From Octopus vulgaris (taxonomy: Eukaryota), in assembly GCA_951406725.2 (NCBI GenBank), contig OX597822.1, positions 51,150,001 through 51,214,000 on the forward strand: DNA of 64,000 nt. Reading direction: 5' to 3'. A program made the translations under genes and the position numbers. Under the pieces are notes generated by a model, which did not search any database, was not told where the DNA came from, and saw only the letters and a program-made list of their open reading frames with translations. Shown here one piece after another: positions 40,838 to 53,886 of this stretch. Every line of letters begins with the position of its first letter. The first letter of the stretch is position 1.

Positions 40838-41900
40838 GAGGAAAATCAAAACCAAGCCAGAACGAGTATCTCAACTGATTTAGGATAATCTAATTAGGTT
40901 AAGCTGAATTGGAAGTCTTACAGCCGTTTCTGGGATAATTCAAATAATTAGTTAGCATTTTCGTGCCCTGAATATACTATCATCAGAGACAAGGTATGCA
41001 TATTTTAGACGGGAAAATTTTAAAGTTGACAAGGGATAAAATTCACAGTTTATCAGGAATAAAATAGAAGAATAAAGTAGTAAAATAGAGGAATAAAAGA
41101 TTAAAAGTAGTCAGGAGAATAATGTTCAGAACTCATAATTTTCCAGAGGATATGGATGCTGGTTAGTACTTTCATGAGGGTACAAGGTTTTAGTTAAAAT
41201 CTTCGGTAAATCCAGGAAATATTTGGGCTGTATTCTGAATAAAGTATTCATATTCTAAATGTGTATATAGAGTGAGGAAGTGTGATTGGCATAAATGGGT
41301 TTGTGAGTGGGTGTATGGGTGAGAGAGAGGAGAAAAAAGAATGTGTGATATGAGATAGTAGTAATGTGGAAAAAGAAGAATAACATAAAAATAAAGATAA
41401 AATATAACTAAAAGTAATAATGATAAATTATAAAAGGAAATAAAAGAAAAAGGAATGATAGATATATCCTGAAAGGGTTTTGCGAGTGAGTGTGTATGGG
41501 AGAGAGAAGAAAGGGAATAAAAATAAAAGGAGATAGAGGTAACAGGGTGAAGAATAATAAGATTAAAATAAATAAATAAATATAAATAAAGGTAACGATA
41601 TGGAAATGTCTGTATTGTATGGGGGTTAGAAGTCAAAACGTTAATGTTTCAGTAGAATGGGTGTGGCAAGCCAATCTAGGTAAAGTTATAAGGACAATAA
41701 TTCAGTGCATATAATTCAAATTGTATTTCAAGCTTCATAGACATTAAATGATATTAGATAAATGATTAAGAAATAAACATAAAGTTGAAAATTAAAATTT
41801 AAAACCTATACTTAAAATTACAAAATGAGAGAACTAAAATCTTTAAAAAAACTATAAGACTTTAAAATTATTGAGCTAGTTTCTAAGATAATTATATTGA
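40838..41900 (-). mobile_element. PLE pseudo-LTR / 3'UTR fragment with hammerhead; homologous + strand copy at ~44695-45870
   Basis: Terminal segment shared with 44127-44230. 41450-41650 is the reverse complement homologue of 44695-44880 and 45652-45700. Confidence 0.6.
40915..40990 (-). ncRNA. Type-I hammerhead ribozyme with long stem II
   Basis: GTCT CTGATGA tagtatattc...gaattatccca GAAA CGGCTG TA AGAC; intact core, stem I GTCT/AGAC. Confidence 0.75.
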
Positions 41901-42131
41901 TAGAGAGTAAGGGAAAATAGAAAATAGACAAACATGCATATACATACATATACATATATACATACAGACATATACACATACACATACATACCGACATATA
42001 TGCATACAAGTGTACAAATAAGGCGTGCACATATACGCACGTATACATACATACATACATAATACATACATACATGCATGCATACATACATACATTCATA
42101 CATACATAAATATATACATATATACATACAC

Positions 42132-44549
42132 TGTAACGACCTTGGATGGTTGTGCTATCCGTGTTGATTTTGTTTGCATTTGGATATAGGACTTAAGGGG
42201 TGATGACCTATGAAAACATGTAGAAAAAGCTCTGTTTCTTTTATATTTACTAATTGTGGTGAATTATGTATTAATATTTGGAAGGCTTCTTTTAGGCATA
42301 GTCCAAAATTGGAACGCTGGCTTGGTATGAGACCCCCGATTCTATTATAGCCCTGGATATCCTGTATGGTATTTTCCTACTTATTAGATGGTGTATATGG
42401 TTGACCACGGTGTTAGATTTGCTATGCTCCACATAATTACAAGTGTTTATATGTGCAGAATTTCTCTGTTTCAAAATAATAGTAAGTACTTTTTTGTAAG
42501 TGTTTCAAAGGAGATAGATATTTTAGGCATTATTAAATCTCAGAGCGAGATGTAGACAGTAATCGCTCGACAATGTAAAGAATAAAAGCCATCTCAATAT
42601 GGCTAACCAAAAAGTGGGGGTGTTACTGTAGCTTTTTATATGTAGCAGGAGATCATCGTCTCCAGCTGACTTTAGACACACTTTCTGTGCCCTTGAAGTA
42701 TTTGCAAAGGGAGGCCATCCCTTCCTCGCAAGCCTTAGTGATACGCACGGACCGGTTTCGAGATTATTGTCTCTTATCAACGGGCGGTAACCACCAGGTC
42801 ACGATGAAAGCCATATTGAGATGGCTTTTATACATGAAAGCCATATTGAGATGGATTTTATACTTTACATTTTTTTTTTTAGTTTCTCTAATTCTGATTT
42901 ATTTAGGCCCGCAGTAACGAAAAATGCATCGTCCCTATACAAACCCCTTTGAGTTAAGGGAAATACATGCGGAGTTCATGGAGGAGGTATGATCCGACGA
43001 AATCTGTGACCTTTGCGGAGTCTGTGGAGTCCGTAGTTATATCGAAGAAGTTGTTTTATCGTGGGTACCTTATCATCGAAGGAGATGAGTGTCTTTTTGG
43101 CAGTTAAAATTGCGTCTGTTTCAAAGGGTATCAATTTAGTTAGGTTTTTAACTAGAATGAGAGCTTTCTTAAGGAGGATAGGAGATACAGAAGTGTAGTA
43201 ATTGTTGATGTCAAAGTGTAGAAATAAGTAAGTGATTTAGTTTGCAAGTTGTTGAAAATAGATAACTTCACCTGTGATGTCTATTTTTTTTTTCGTTAAG
43301 TGTTATATTGTCTAGTCTATTTTTACTGATTCGTCCTAAGTGTAATTTGGTAGGTCAGAGGAGCCTTGTAGATAGTTTGGTTATGAAATCTGCTTTGTGC
43401 TCTTTAAGTTAGAAATGCGGAGCTTTTCGGTTGTAAGGCTCTGTGCGATCGTCTAGTTTATTTACTAATTTACAAAAGTTGGTGCTGATAGTATCGTGTG
43501 AGGACGCCGGGGCTATCTTGTAGGACTTGTATAATTCCTTTCTAATGATATCAATGTATTCTTCAGTATTAAGAGAAAATATATTTCCAGTTTCATCCAA
43601 GAAGACGTTTGAGAAAGTGATACGTTTGATCGTTTTAGAAAGGTGTTTTTGGAATGAAGATTAATGTTAAGAGAATTTTAAGTTCTTAATCGTGTTGAGT
43701 ATGTCAGCTTGGAATTTATCCAGATAGGGATGTGAGGAGGGTTTTTGTGGGATTTAAGATTATATCTATTAATGCCAATATCAAAATTGTACCTATTATC
43801 GTAGAAGAAAGCCGTTCACCTCATCCTTCTGATAAGGTCATTTATTTTGCTAAGTAGAAATAGGAGGAAAGTATTTTGTGAGGGAATAAGTATGCCCTTA
43901 AGTGATATGCCAAGGTTTTGTTTATCCATATTGAGCAATACCTATATTAAGTGCGCCTAATGGCAATGATAAAGAATATGATGAGTTTAGTTCACTTGTG
44001 ATCTAAACTAATAGGCACGCTAGGTAAATGCTATAGATGGTCAACCATTAAGTTCCAAGATCACAGCTAATGCTGGATCCAGGAATCCGTGTTAGGATTC
44101 CGTTATAGTAAGTACATATTATATTGGAGGAAAAAATCAAAACCAATGCAGAATGAGTATCTCAAGTCATTTAGAATAATCTCATTAGGGTAAGTCTTAC
44201 AGCCGTTTCTGGATTTGAAGTCTTACAACCGTTGAAGCATAAATATACTCATTTAAGTATGTGAGGTACAGCAAATAAACCTCCCTAGCCCAAACTATAC
44301 GCTATCTAATAAAGGATCTCCTAGGCAATAATAGATTCCGAGGTTCCATACCAAAGGCAATGATCCACTTTTGGACTATGCCTAAAAGGAGCCTTCCAAA
44401 TATTAATATATAAATTGACTGCAGTTACTAAATAAACAAATCCAAGCTTTTTCCACATATTATAGTTTCTATCAGAGCTTTAAATTCTTCCATAGAGCCA
44501 AATGCAAAGAAAATCAACAGGTATAACACATTAATCCACGGTCGTTACA
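42132..44549 (-). mobile_element. Decayed Naiad-like PLE (minus) with an inverted copy of its 3' end at 44230-44549
   Basis: DETGNIFSLNTEEY...YK, FLHFDINNYYTSV..LLKKAL, KQRNSAH...NHIHHL...IPYRIS. 42132-42313 is the reverse complement homologue of 44365-44549. Confidence 0.75.
42572..42870. mobile_element. MITE with ~33-bp TIRs nested in the PLE
   Basis: AATGTAAAGAATAAAAGCCATCTCAATATGGCT ... AGCCATATTGAGATGGATTTTATACTTTACATT; the right end is partly duplicated. Confidence 0.7.
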
Positions 44550-44580
44550 TTTTATGTATGTATATATATATATATATACG

Positions 44581-44632
<52 letters not shown>

Positions 44633-44649
44633 TGTATGTATGTATATGC

Positions 44650-44688
<39 letters not shown>

Positions 44689-44881
44689 GTCTACTGTAAC
44701 ATTAACGTTTTGACTTCCAGTCCCCGTACAATAATGACATTTCTATATCGTTAAGCTTACTTTTATTTATTTATTCTTATCTTATTATTGTTTACCCTGT
44801 TTCCTGTATGTCATTATATTTTATTCCCTTTCTTTTCTCTCCAATGCACACTCACTAACCTCACGAAACCCATTTAGGATA

Positions 44882-45651
44882 TGTAACGACCGTGCGAAGC
44901 GGGGTGTTGAGAATGGCTCCTTAGTACATCACACAGTCGATACCATAAATATCAAAAGAATAACGCATATATGTGCCAGAGTAAAAAAAGAGATACAGTC
45001 GGGAAGAATGTTTAAGAGAAGATTTATTGATATGTTAACATGTGTAACTCTGTGTGCGTCATATATACAGAATAACAGGCAGGCCGTCATAATAACAAAG
45101 TGTATGTGTGTGTATAGGTATGGATGTATGCGTGTGCGATAAGTACATATAAGTTTAGTAATGAAGAAACAAATTGAAAGAGTCTATAATGAGAAGTTAG
45201 AAGAATGTTCATAGACACATCAATGATAAACACCACTTCGTAGTCAATTGTACAGAGATAGCTGAAATACTGTATCAAGAAGTTGCGGCGATGATGCAGA
45301 GCTGGTTACGATAAAATAGACGATAAAAGAAAAATATATTTCTGTAGCGAAGAGGTGAAATTAGAGAGAATAGTTGGCCATTAAAATAAAATGAAAGCTG
45401 GTAGTGAACTACGGAAAGGAATGCGTGTATTAATCGGGTCACCAATTTGTAATGACCGTGCGAAGCGAGGTGACGAGAATGGCTCCTTAGTACGTCATAC
45501 TGTCGATGCAATAAATATCAAAAGAAGAATGCATATATGTCTCTCTTTTCCCTCTGGTACATATATGCTTTATTCTTTTTATATTTATTGTATTGACCCT
45601 GTGATGTACGAAGGAGCTATCTTCGTCACCTCGCTTCGTACGGTCGTTACA
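44882..45651. mobile_element. Ginger-like non-autonomous DNA transposon (TGT termini, ~90-bp TIR, 4-bp TSD)
   Basis: TGTAACGACCGTGCGAAGC...GCTTCGTACGGTCGTTACA; TSD GATA at 44878-44881 and 45652-45655; a second left-end copy at 45448. Confidence 0.75.
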
Positions 45652-45894
45652 GATATATCTATCATTACTATTTTTCTTTTATCTTCTTTTATTATTTTTA
45701 TTTATATTTATTATTTTTTATTTTACTGCTTGTTTATTGTTAATTTTGCATTATTACCACTATCTTATTTTCTAATCCTTCCTCATATTTCTCTTTCTTT
45801 CTTTCTTTCTTCTATCACTCTTTCCCTCTCTCTCATACACCGACTCACAAAACCCATTTAAGTCTGTCATGCGTTTTATTCCTGATAGCGACGT

Positions 45895-45990
<96 letters not shown>

Positions 45991-45994
45991 TGTG

Positions 45995-46044
<50 letters not shown>

Positions 46045-47110
46045 AGAGACAGACTGTGAATCATATTATGAATTTGAAAAGCCGTGTCCTGTAGTCCGAT
46101 TGATTCTTATATTCACCTGTCTAACGAAATGAACTCAACGTATACTAAGGAGTACAAATTGGCGTTTCTGGGGGAATTTACAACTATCTCAACACGAATT
46201 TATTTTCACTTAATGAAGAGTCTCGACTGCATATACAGAGATATTGCGCACTTATTAGAAATGTCAAGCTGAATACAAAATTCAAACATAATATTAATTA
46301 AACATACATAAATCGTGGTATGTAATAAAATTGAATTAAATCAGCTCTTGCTCACATTCAGTAAATAATTAATTTCAACATCAAATTCGTGTGATATATC
46401 TAAGAAATATAGTAAAATTAATCTTCCTGTTAAAATGTTTATCAAGACTGCACACAGGTAATTTCTGATTTCTAGAAATAGATAACGTACAACATTTTAC
46501 ATACACGGATGATTTAAGTTTCAATTGTAAAGTTATTTACATGAGTGTGCTTTTTAATATCTCCAATAGATATCATATGCGTTTATCAGATGAACACAAT
46601 TGCATATGAGAAAATTAGAACACAATTTTTTTTCTTTCTTGGGATATGTACATATAACTAAGCACCTTATGTAATCGATATGTGTATGTTCAGGCAGTCC
46701 AGAACTGCATACTTATATGTATTAATCGCTACGTTTATCTCTACCTATATTAAACTCAGATATGTATATATATATATATATATATATGCATGTATGTATA
46801 CACACACACACACACGTATATACATATATATATGCATTTGAGCATGTGTAAGTGTATGTGTGCTTGTGTGCGTGTGTGCGTGTATGTGCATGATTTATGT
46901 ATAAAGAAGAAAGCGTAAAAATATTTAATTCTTATTGAACGAATTTTAGAATTTAACCGGTGTGGTTATGTCTGAATACCTCGGCCTCTTCCTTACCCTC
47001 AGGCTTCCGATGTAGACATATGTGGCACGACTGTGTATACATATATATATACATATCCACACATCTCTGTACACCCACGCATGCGCACCAGCGCACATAC
47101 GCACACACAC

Positions 47111-47153
<43 letters not shown>

Positions 47154-47636
47154 TATATATACATACACACACACGCGATACACATATATATATATATACA
47201 CGCACACACATATTTTGCAGAGACAGAGATAGTGAGGAGGCGGTGTGTATGGGAACATGTGTACGTGAATACCTTCTAAATATGTACGCATGTGTCGATA
47301 TCAACATATATACCAATCTGAAAGTGTTTATCTGAAGGCCATATGGACAGAAAATGAAAGAAAAAAGACAGAAAAACGAAGGCAGGAAATGCAGTGAAGT
47401 GATTTTTATTTTTAGGGAAATATTTTCTGTTTGTGCAAGCAGAAAATGATAGTTTGAATTGATTTATTACACTCTTGAAAACATTCGCATTAAATTAATG
47501 GAATTTCTGAAATAATATATGTAAGAATTAAAAGACAAAAAAAAAAAACATGTCTTCAATAAATGTACAATCATCGCTACTTTTATTCACTTTCGGTATC
47601 AATAGCTTTCTCTATCCTTTACGTTGTCTATATTCA

Positions 47637-47688
<52 letters not shown>

Positions 47689-48102
47689 GCAAAGAGGTAA
47701 ATTTAAGCCAGTAACGTGAATTCCGTTCTTACATCAGTTGCATACACACACACACAGACGCATGCACACTCACACACACACACTCACACACACACACACA
47801 CACTGATATGTGTGTGTGTGTGTGTGTGTGTGTGTCCACAGAATAGCAAAAATGTTATTGGGAAAAAATACTTTTCCTTTGTTTGAGAAATAGCTATGAA
47901 TTTGTATCGGGGAATATTCACATAAAAATTTCTTTCTTTACTTATATGCAAGCAAGCCATACTTTGGGGAAATATTTATTAACATAAAAAAAAAAATAGG
48001 CTTCGTAATTTTTACTTTGTCAGTGTAATAAATCATGCATGCTCGCATTAATACTTATTTAACACCAATTTATATGGCTACAATACATACATACATACGT
48101 AC

Positions 48103-48158
<56 letters not shown>

Positions 48159-48257
48159 TCACATATATATAAATACTCCCATATATTTATACTTTTCATA
48201 AATATATTTGTATATGTATAATTATGCACACACACACACACACACATATATATACAC

Positions 48258-48313
<56 letters not shown>

Positions 48314-48729
48314 AAATATATATATGTATATTACTTTATACATGTGTGTATATATTTGTATGTATGTATGTATGTATGGCAGGTTGTCAATCGAAGTCTG
48401 ATGATGACAGAATCTGTGTTGTTACTGATGAGAACGCATGTGACTCCGAAGTCCAATACTGGAAGTACACATACGCCCACAGATGTCACATCGATAGTCT
48501 GTTGACTGGGTTTAGGGGTGGGGATGCTGCCCTGTGACAACTTTCGCTCGCTACTTTGAGACGTAGTTGCCGTCCTCTTCGAAAGCAGCTACTGTTCGTG
48601 AGGTGAGAAACTTCCACGGTGATTTCTCTGTGGTAGAGATTCTGATTTCATGTGATCTAATGCCGCTCTATTTGAGGTTACTTTTCTGAGTCACATCTTA
48701 CCTCAGTTTAAGTGTTCCTAGTTTGTGTG

Positions 48730-49025
48730 GACCGAGCAGGACCCCTGCGTGAGCGCATCACTCTACAACTGTCTGGGTATACGGTTGTCAGTCATTTCCA
48801 CATCACTCTATGTATGTCAAACATATACCCTATACCGTTGGCACATGAAACAACTGGAAAATTTTCACCCAAGGGTATTGCATAGGACCACGAGCTTTCG
48901 CTGGCAGGACAGTGTAATAAACCAAGAAGTGTGAGACAGAGCTCGTTCATCAAGCATTAAGTCATTGTTACTGAAGTCTCAGTAACGCTGGACTGGCCAT
49001 GTCATCTGACTGACTGTCAACCGTG
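48730..49025 (+). pseudogene. RTE (BovB-like) LINE RT C-terminal fragment
   Basis: SLYVCQTYTLYRWHMKQLENFHPRVL....RWQDSVINQEV*DRA...I..LLLKSQ*RWTGHV. Confidence 0.8.
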
Positions 49026-49782
49026 TATATATATATATATATATATATATGTATCTGTAAATGTATGCATAAATCGCAAACCAACACACATATTTATATA
49101 TATATACATGTGCATGTCAGTGTAACACATATCCACTTCATAAAACGCTGGTGACAGAGAAATTGAAGATGGTTGTTACTGCTATGTTTATCATCTCAGG
49201 CCGTTGGTATAAAAGCTGTGAAAGTGAAACAAGCTTTATTTTTTTGTTGTTTTTAGACGCGAAATGATATAGGAAATATGCTGACGTCATTTGGCTTTAT
49301 CTTCAGTATCATCAGTTCGTGGCGTTGGAGTTTCTCGTAGCAACAGAACAGTCGCTATACAGTGGTTTGTGAACACATTATACCCAGGTGTGCTTACGTG
49401 GGATTAAACATATACCATGGAGTTGGATTACAATGGAGTTTGTATGAATAATATGATTGGGCTCTAGTCTATACGGGCGATAAAGACTAAATACCCTCTC
49501 TAGTTTGAGGGATAGCTACATCCAGGGTAGTATATCTGAGTTGCGAGCCAGTGCCTAGAATTCATTAGCAGGACATACCTGTGGTGGTAGCAATAAGACA
49601 TTTAATTTTTCTTCTGATGAGTAATGTACGTGGATGGAATACGTTTGGTCTCTCGGGGAGACAGGTGGCAATTGCGAGTTCCAATGAGCAAGAAAGTTCC
49701 ATCCCAATGATACCTCATTTTTAACTTGAGGGTGTAATTTCTTTGGTCAAGACTCCCAATAAAGCTGGATAGGGATATATAT

Positions 49783-50013
49783 ATTTCTTTTACTACCCAC
49801 AAGGGACTAAACACAGAGGGGAGAAACAATTACAGACAAATGGATTAAGTCGATTACATCGACTCCAATGCCTAACTGATACTTAATTTATCGACCCTGA
49901 AATTATGAAAGGCAAAGTCGACCTCGGCGGAATTTGAACTCAGAACGTAACAGCAGACGAAATACGGCTACGCATTTCGCCCGACGTGCTAACGTTTCTG
50001 CCAGCTCGCCGCC
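49783..50013 (-). mobile_element. Full-length SINE family B with TSD
   Basis: Near-identical to 2951-3188; TSD TGGATAG(G/A)GATATATAT at ~49766-49782 and 50014-50030. Confidence 0.9.
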
Positions 50014-50559
50014 TGGATAGAGATATATATTTTTCCCTATACCTTGACCTGAAATAGTGCAATTGCTGTGTACACCTTCCAGAACATTTACTGGGTGATA
50101 TTCCCTTGTAGCGTCATGCAATAAGAATATGTCTCTATAGATTGCAAACATTGAGAGTCAGGATTACAGCGGTTACAGGTTGGGATGTGGACTGGAGGAT
50201 GTATGGTTGTCTGTTTACATCGATCAAAGCGTACAATGTTTCAAACGATCTTATCTAAGTATAAATAATTGAACTTAACATTGTTAGGTTTGACGAGTTA
50301 CGGTCCTAGGAAATTGTTTTTAATTAACGTCAGGAAGCTCTTAGCTATGCAAGAGGAAATTTCTTTGTTTAATAAATGTGAGTACTATCAAATGTGTTGA
50401 GTGTTGTTTCTTTCGTTTGTTCACTGATTTATAGATAAATGATAAATGGACATATTTCGATGCCGAAAAAGAGAAGAAAATAGTTGCTTTTTCATCAGCG
50501 TCCTTTGTTGTAGATTTTATATACCCCTTCTTGTTTTAAAACATGTACAACGATTTTAT

Positions 50560-50740
50560 GGGGAAAGAAATGTCGATTACATCGACCTCAGTACTGAACT
50601 GGAACTTATTTTTATCGACCTGAAAGGATGAAAAGCAAAGTTGATTTCAGTAGTATTTGTATTGAGAATGTGAAGACCCGGGGAAAATGTCGCTCGGTAT
50701 TTTGTTCGGTGTGGTAAAGATTCTTTCAGCTCACTGCACA
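50560..50740 (-). mobile_element. Diverged SINE family B
   Basis: gtcgattacatcgacctcagtac..aactgg.actta...atcgacc.gaaaggatgaaa.gcaaagt core. Confidence 0.7.
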
Positions 50741-51662
50741 ATGATTAAATATTAAAAATGGATTGGTGTTATATTTAAAAATCTTATATGCAACGGAAAA
50801 TCTCATAGCATAATTCAGAGTAATATAACTGGTCAGGATATGAATGGGATTTTAAGGAAGTAATGGCATTGCGTTAAGGGTAGCGGAATCCCCATGGGAA
50901 TTTGCAGAATGTACAGCAGGAAACAACGTTTCCGATACTTAAGTGTCGTGACGTTTCTATTTGTGAAATAAAAATACCATGATTTCATATGCCATCTAGC
51001 CAAATACAAAATCAAAAGAAGTATAATCAATACTTTTATATAGCGGTAGCTAAGAGAAACAGACATCCAATAAATGTAAATTCAAAGGAATAATAAAATA
51101 CTGCGAATGCATCACACGTATTAAGATGAATCTAATTTGTAAAGAGATCACAGTGGATTGATATATGCAATATTCTACTATTTCCAGGAATAATAAAAGG
51201 GAAACAAAAAGAAATAGTTGGATTGTAAATGGTACTCTATATCACTATTTAGGTGATGCATACACAGGAAACAATTGTAATGTAGCCTGCGGTTCACTAT
51301 CATAGCCGCAGTAAATATATGGCAGGGAAATCGAAATCATTTACGTAAAGAGGACAATACCAACTTTCAGTTAACAGACTAAAGTAGGTAAATAACCTAA
51401 GCTATGAAAACAATACGCCCATGCAGCACACAAAAGTAACTAAATATACCCAGAAACGAAACAAACGTATATACCTACCTCTATATTTAAATGTGAGTGC
51501 GTGTGATTGTGCGTGCTTTTGTAGGTCCAAAAGAAAGAGTATATATATATATATATATATAGGGATGGTATTATTAAAATACCATCACCAGTGGTAAGCG
51601 AATTATCAGGCGTACAGGCAAATTAATAAAATATATACAGACAATATTAGATATGTACATAT

Positions 51663-52122
51663 AAGTGTGTCTATAGCCAGCTGGAGGAGGTGTCCTTCTG
51701 GGGCTACAAACTACAGTAGCATCCACCCTTAGGGGTTAGCCATATTCAAATGGCAAATATACGTCACGATGTGTTGCTGCTACTGTTTATAACTCGCTCT
51801 GAGATTTATCATTGGTTGATTTCACCTTTTCAATATCAGTGTCAATCGATACTGAAAAAAGTATATGTATTTGTGAAGGGAACCGACTTCTCATCGACAA
51901 CTATGATTGTCACACGCTGATGACGGGTCAATACCCTGAAACTCGAGTCCGTGTGTATCATAAGTTGAAAACGGGAAGGATGGCTTCCCTTCGCAAATAC
52001 TGATAGGGCACATAAAGTGTGTCTATAACCAGCTGGAGGAGTTGTTCTCCTGGGGCTACAAGCTACAGTAGCATCCACCCTTAGGGGTTAGCCATATTCA
52101 AATGGCAAATATACGTCACGAT
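51663..52122 (+). mobile_element. Retrozyme-like element: 352-nt monomer with 108-nt terminal redundancy and a central hammerhead
   Basis: Direct repeats 51663-51770 and 52015-52122 (period 352); hammerhead at 51911-51955; ends in (TA)n. Confidence 0.8.
51911..51955 (+). ncRNA. Type-I hammerhead ribozyme (GUC site)
   Basis: CACACG CTGATGA cGGGT caat ACCCt GAAA CTCGAG TC CGTGTG; 6-bp perfect stem I, extended by CAACT-ATGAT / ATCAT-AGTTG. Confidence 0.88.
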
Positions 52123-52159
52123 ATATATATATATATATACATATATATACATACATACA

Positions 52160-52554
52160 CAGGGTGCGATGGGTCAAATGTCGTCATTTTATATTTATTA
52201 TTTCATGCATGCGCATTATTTATATATTTTTGTTTTGTTGACCACCAGTATAGTAAGGTCCGTTGGGCACCGAGTGTCAGAAGAACAGCACCATGACACA
52301 ATTTTTTCTGCCAGGAATTTTGAAGCGATATGCTGTACTGATTGGCATTCGTGCCGTAAGCCCCAATACGAGCATTTCAGATTGTTTGTGTGACAATCTG
52401 ACATGTACCAGGTGTGATAAATATCAGATTTCCACTCAACATCATGGTGTTTGTAGTGGTTACTAGTTATGGAGATGTTATGCCACCATTCACCAATTAA
52501 AACAAGGAGACCATCTAGAAGAGTTTCATGAGATAAATTGCCCATCACACCGTA
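52160..52554 (+). mobile_element. Internally deleted Tc1/mariner (maT/DD37D-like) element
   Basis: TIR-like CAGGGTGCGATGGG / CCCATCACACCGTA; fragments KRYAVLIGIRAVSPNTSISDCL and IMVFVVVTSYGDVMPPF. Confidence 0.65.
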
Positions 52555-52617
52555 CATCACACACAAACACACACAGACAACACACGCAGAAACCCATACA
52601 CAAACACACACACACGC

Positions 52618-52646
<29 letters not shown>

Positions 52647-52655
<9 letters not shown>

Positions 52656-52880
52656 ATATTTAGGAATGGTCATTTTGCCTGTTTAGCCAATAAAAAACAC
52701 ACCCACTATATATCTGGCGTTACTTTGCTTCAGCGTTATTTACTTTTTACAATAATCTTAATCTTATTTAATAGTGTGTGTGTTGTTTATTGGCTAAACT
52801 GGCAAAATGACCATTCCTAAATACAACAATATATGTTTCAACACACGATTTCACATCAAAAATCTTGCAAAACAAATATA
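52647..52880. mobile_element. Inverted-repeat element (~65-bp arms) with external tail
   Basis: attgttatatttaggaatggtcattttgcc.gtttagccaataaa / tttattggctaaactggcaaaatgaccattcctaaatacaacaat; tail gtttcaacacacga...ttgcaaaacaaa shared with the 62695 element. Confidence 0.7.
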
Positions 52881-53039
52881 TATATATACACATAATGTGT
52901 ACGCAGACCACCAGGAAAACCAAACAACAATACAAAAACTAATGCAAGTAGCTGATATTTTTCCTCCCTAATCTTTACATTAGACTGGAAATGACTTGAC
53001 GTCTAGCCTTTTAACAAGGCTGAAACATAAAGTATTTGA

Positions 53040-53490
53040 TTAAGAAGTAAAACACATAAGAAGCCACAGCTCTGACATGCGCTCCCTTAACAGCCCTATT
53101 TCGTCGACAGAACCACTGCTGCTATACAATATGCGATTCACAGGGGTGGGGATATTAATTTACAATTTGTGCACGCCGTTCAATTTCAAGGGAAATGTTT
53201 GGCTAGAGGTAATACTATAGGAGGCATCGTTGGGTGCACACTTTCTAATCGACGATTTCAAAATATGTTCGAGACCCTATATTGGTATACGACTTAGTCT
53301 GCAGTAAGTGTGATGCGTACTACATGGAGAACATCAGTAGTAAACTGAACTGCATAATCACATCAAGGAAAATTTGTGCACAGTGTCTGCCATCAAATAA
53401 CGCCTGCGGAAGTGCCAAACACAGGATTTCTGCGTATCCACAAGAGCCACTCAGTGCAATAGTGGCCATCTCAGAATCATGGAGGCCCTA
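53040..53490 (+). pseudogene. Decayed PLE GIY-YIG fragment
   Basis: LVYDLVCSKCDAYYMEN resembles the (L/V)IY.L.C..C...YIGET motif. Confidence 0.5.
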
Positions 53491-53838
53491 ATTGTCAATA
53501 AATAGGTATGTACTTAAGGGAAATGCCAAGGAATTGTTTATGCATTATTGAAGCATTACAAGTGATAAGTGCTTGTATTAACAATGAAAATTAATATGAG
53601 ATGCTTTGGTATCCAGAAGACACAAAAGGCAGATAAGGCTATGTAAGTGCTACGGAAGGACCGTTGTTCAGCTCCTGGTTCAATAAAAGCATGAGTGATG
53701 AGTCTAGGACATATCGTATGTGAGCGTGATATGTTAAATATAATGAGGTAACAAGGAAATGGCAATTTGATATTCTTAGGACATTTATAGATAAAAATAA
53801 AAATAGAAATAAATTTATATTTTATTGACAAAAAGGTG

Positions 53839-53886
53839 GTCCTACAGCTCTTTCATGGAAATAAATGATATCCCATCATCAGAGAC
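53839..53886 (-). ncRNA. Type-I hammerhead ribozyme at the end of a pLTR-like fragment (53820-54650)
   Basis: GTCT CTGATGA TGGGATA tcatt TATTTCCAT GAAA GAGCTG TA GGAC; intact core. Confidence 0.72.

Noticed and set aside
46940-47035. Possible micro-exon on the minus strand (cag...G/GTAAGG)
   Set aside because: Weak polypyrimidine tract and no partner exons or protein similarity.
48395-48460. Two CTGATGA motifs as a possible hammerhead
   Set aside because: No correctly placed GAAA, stem II or stem I; the region adjoins an RTE fragment.
50445-50503. CTGATGA...GAAA TATG TC on the minus strand
   Set aside because: Stem I does not pair in the required register and stem II is absent.
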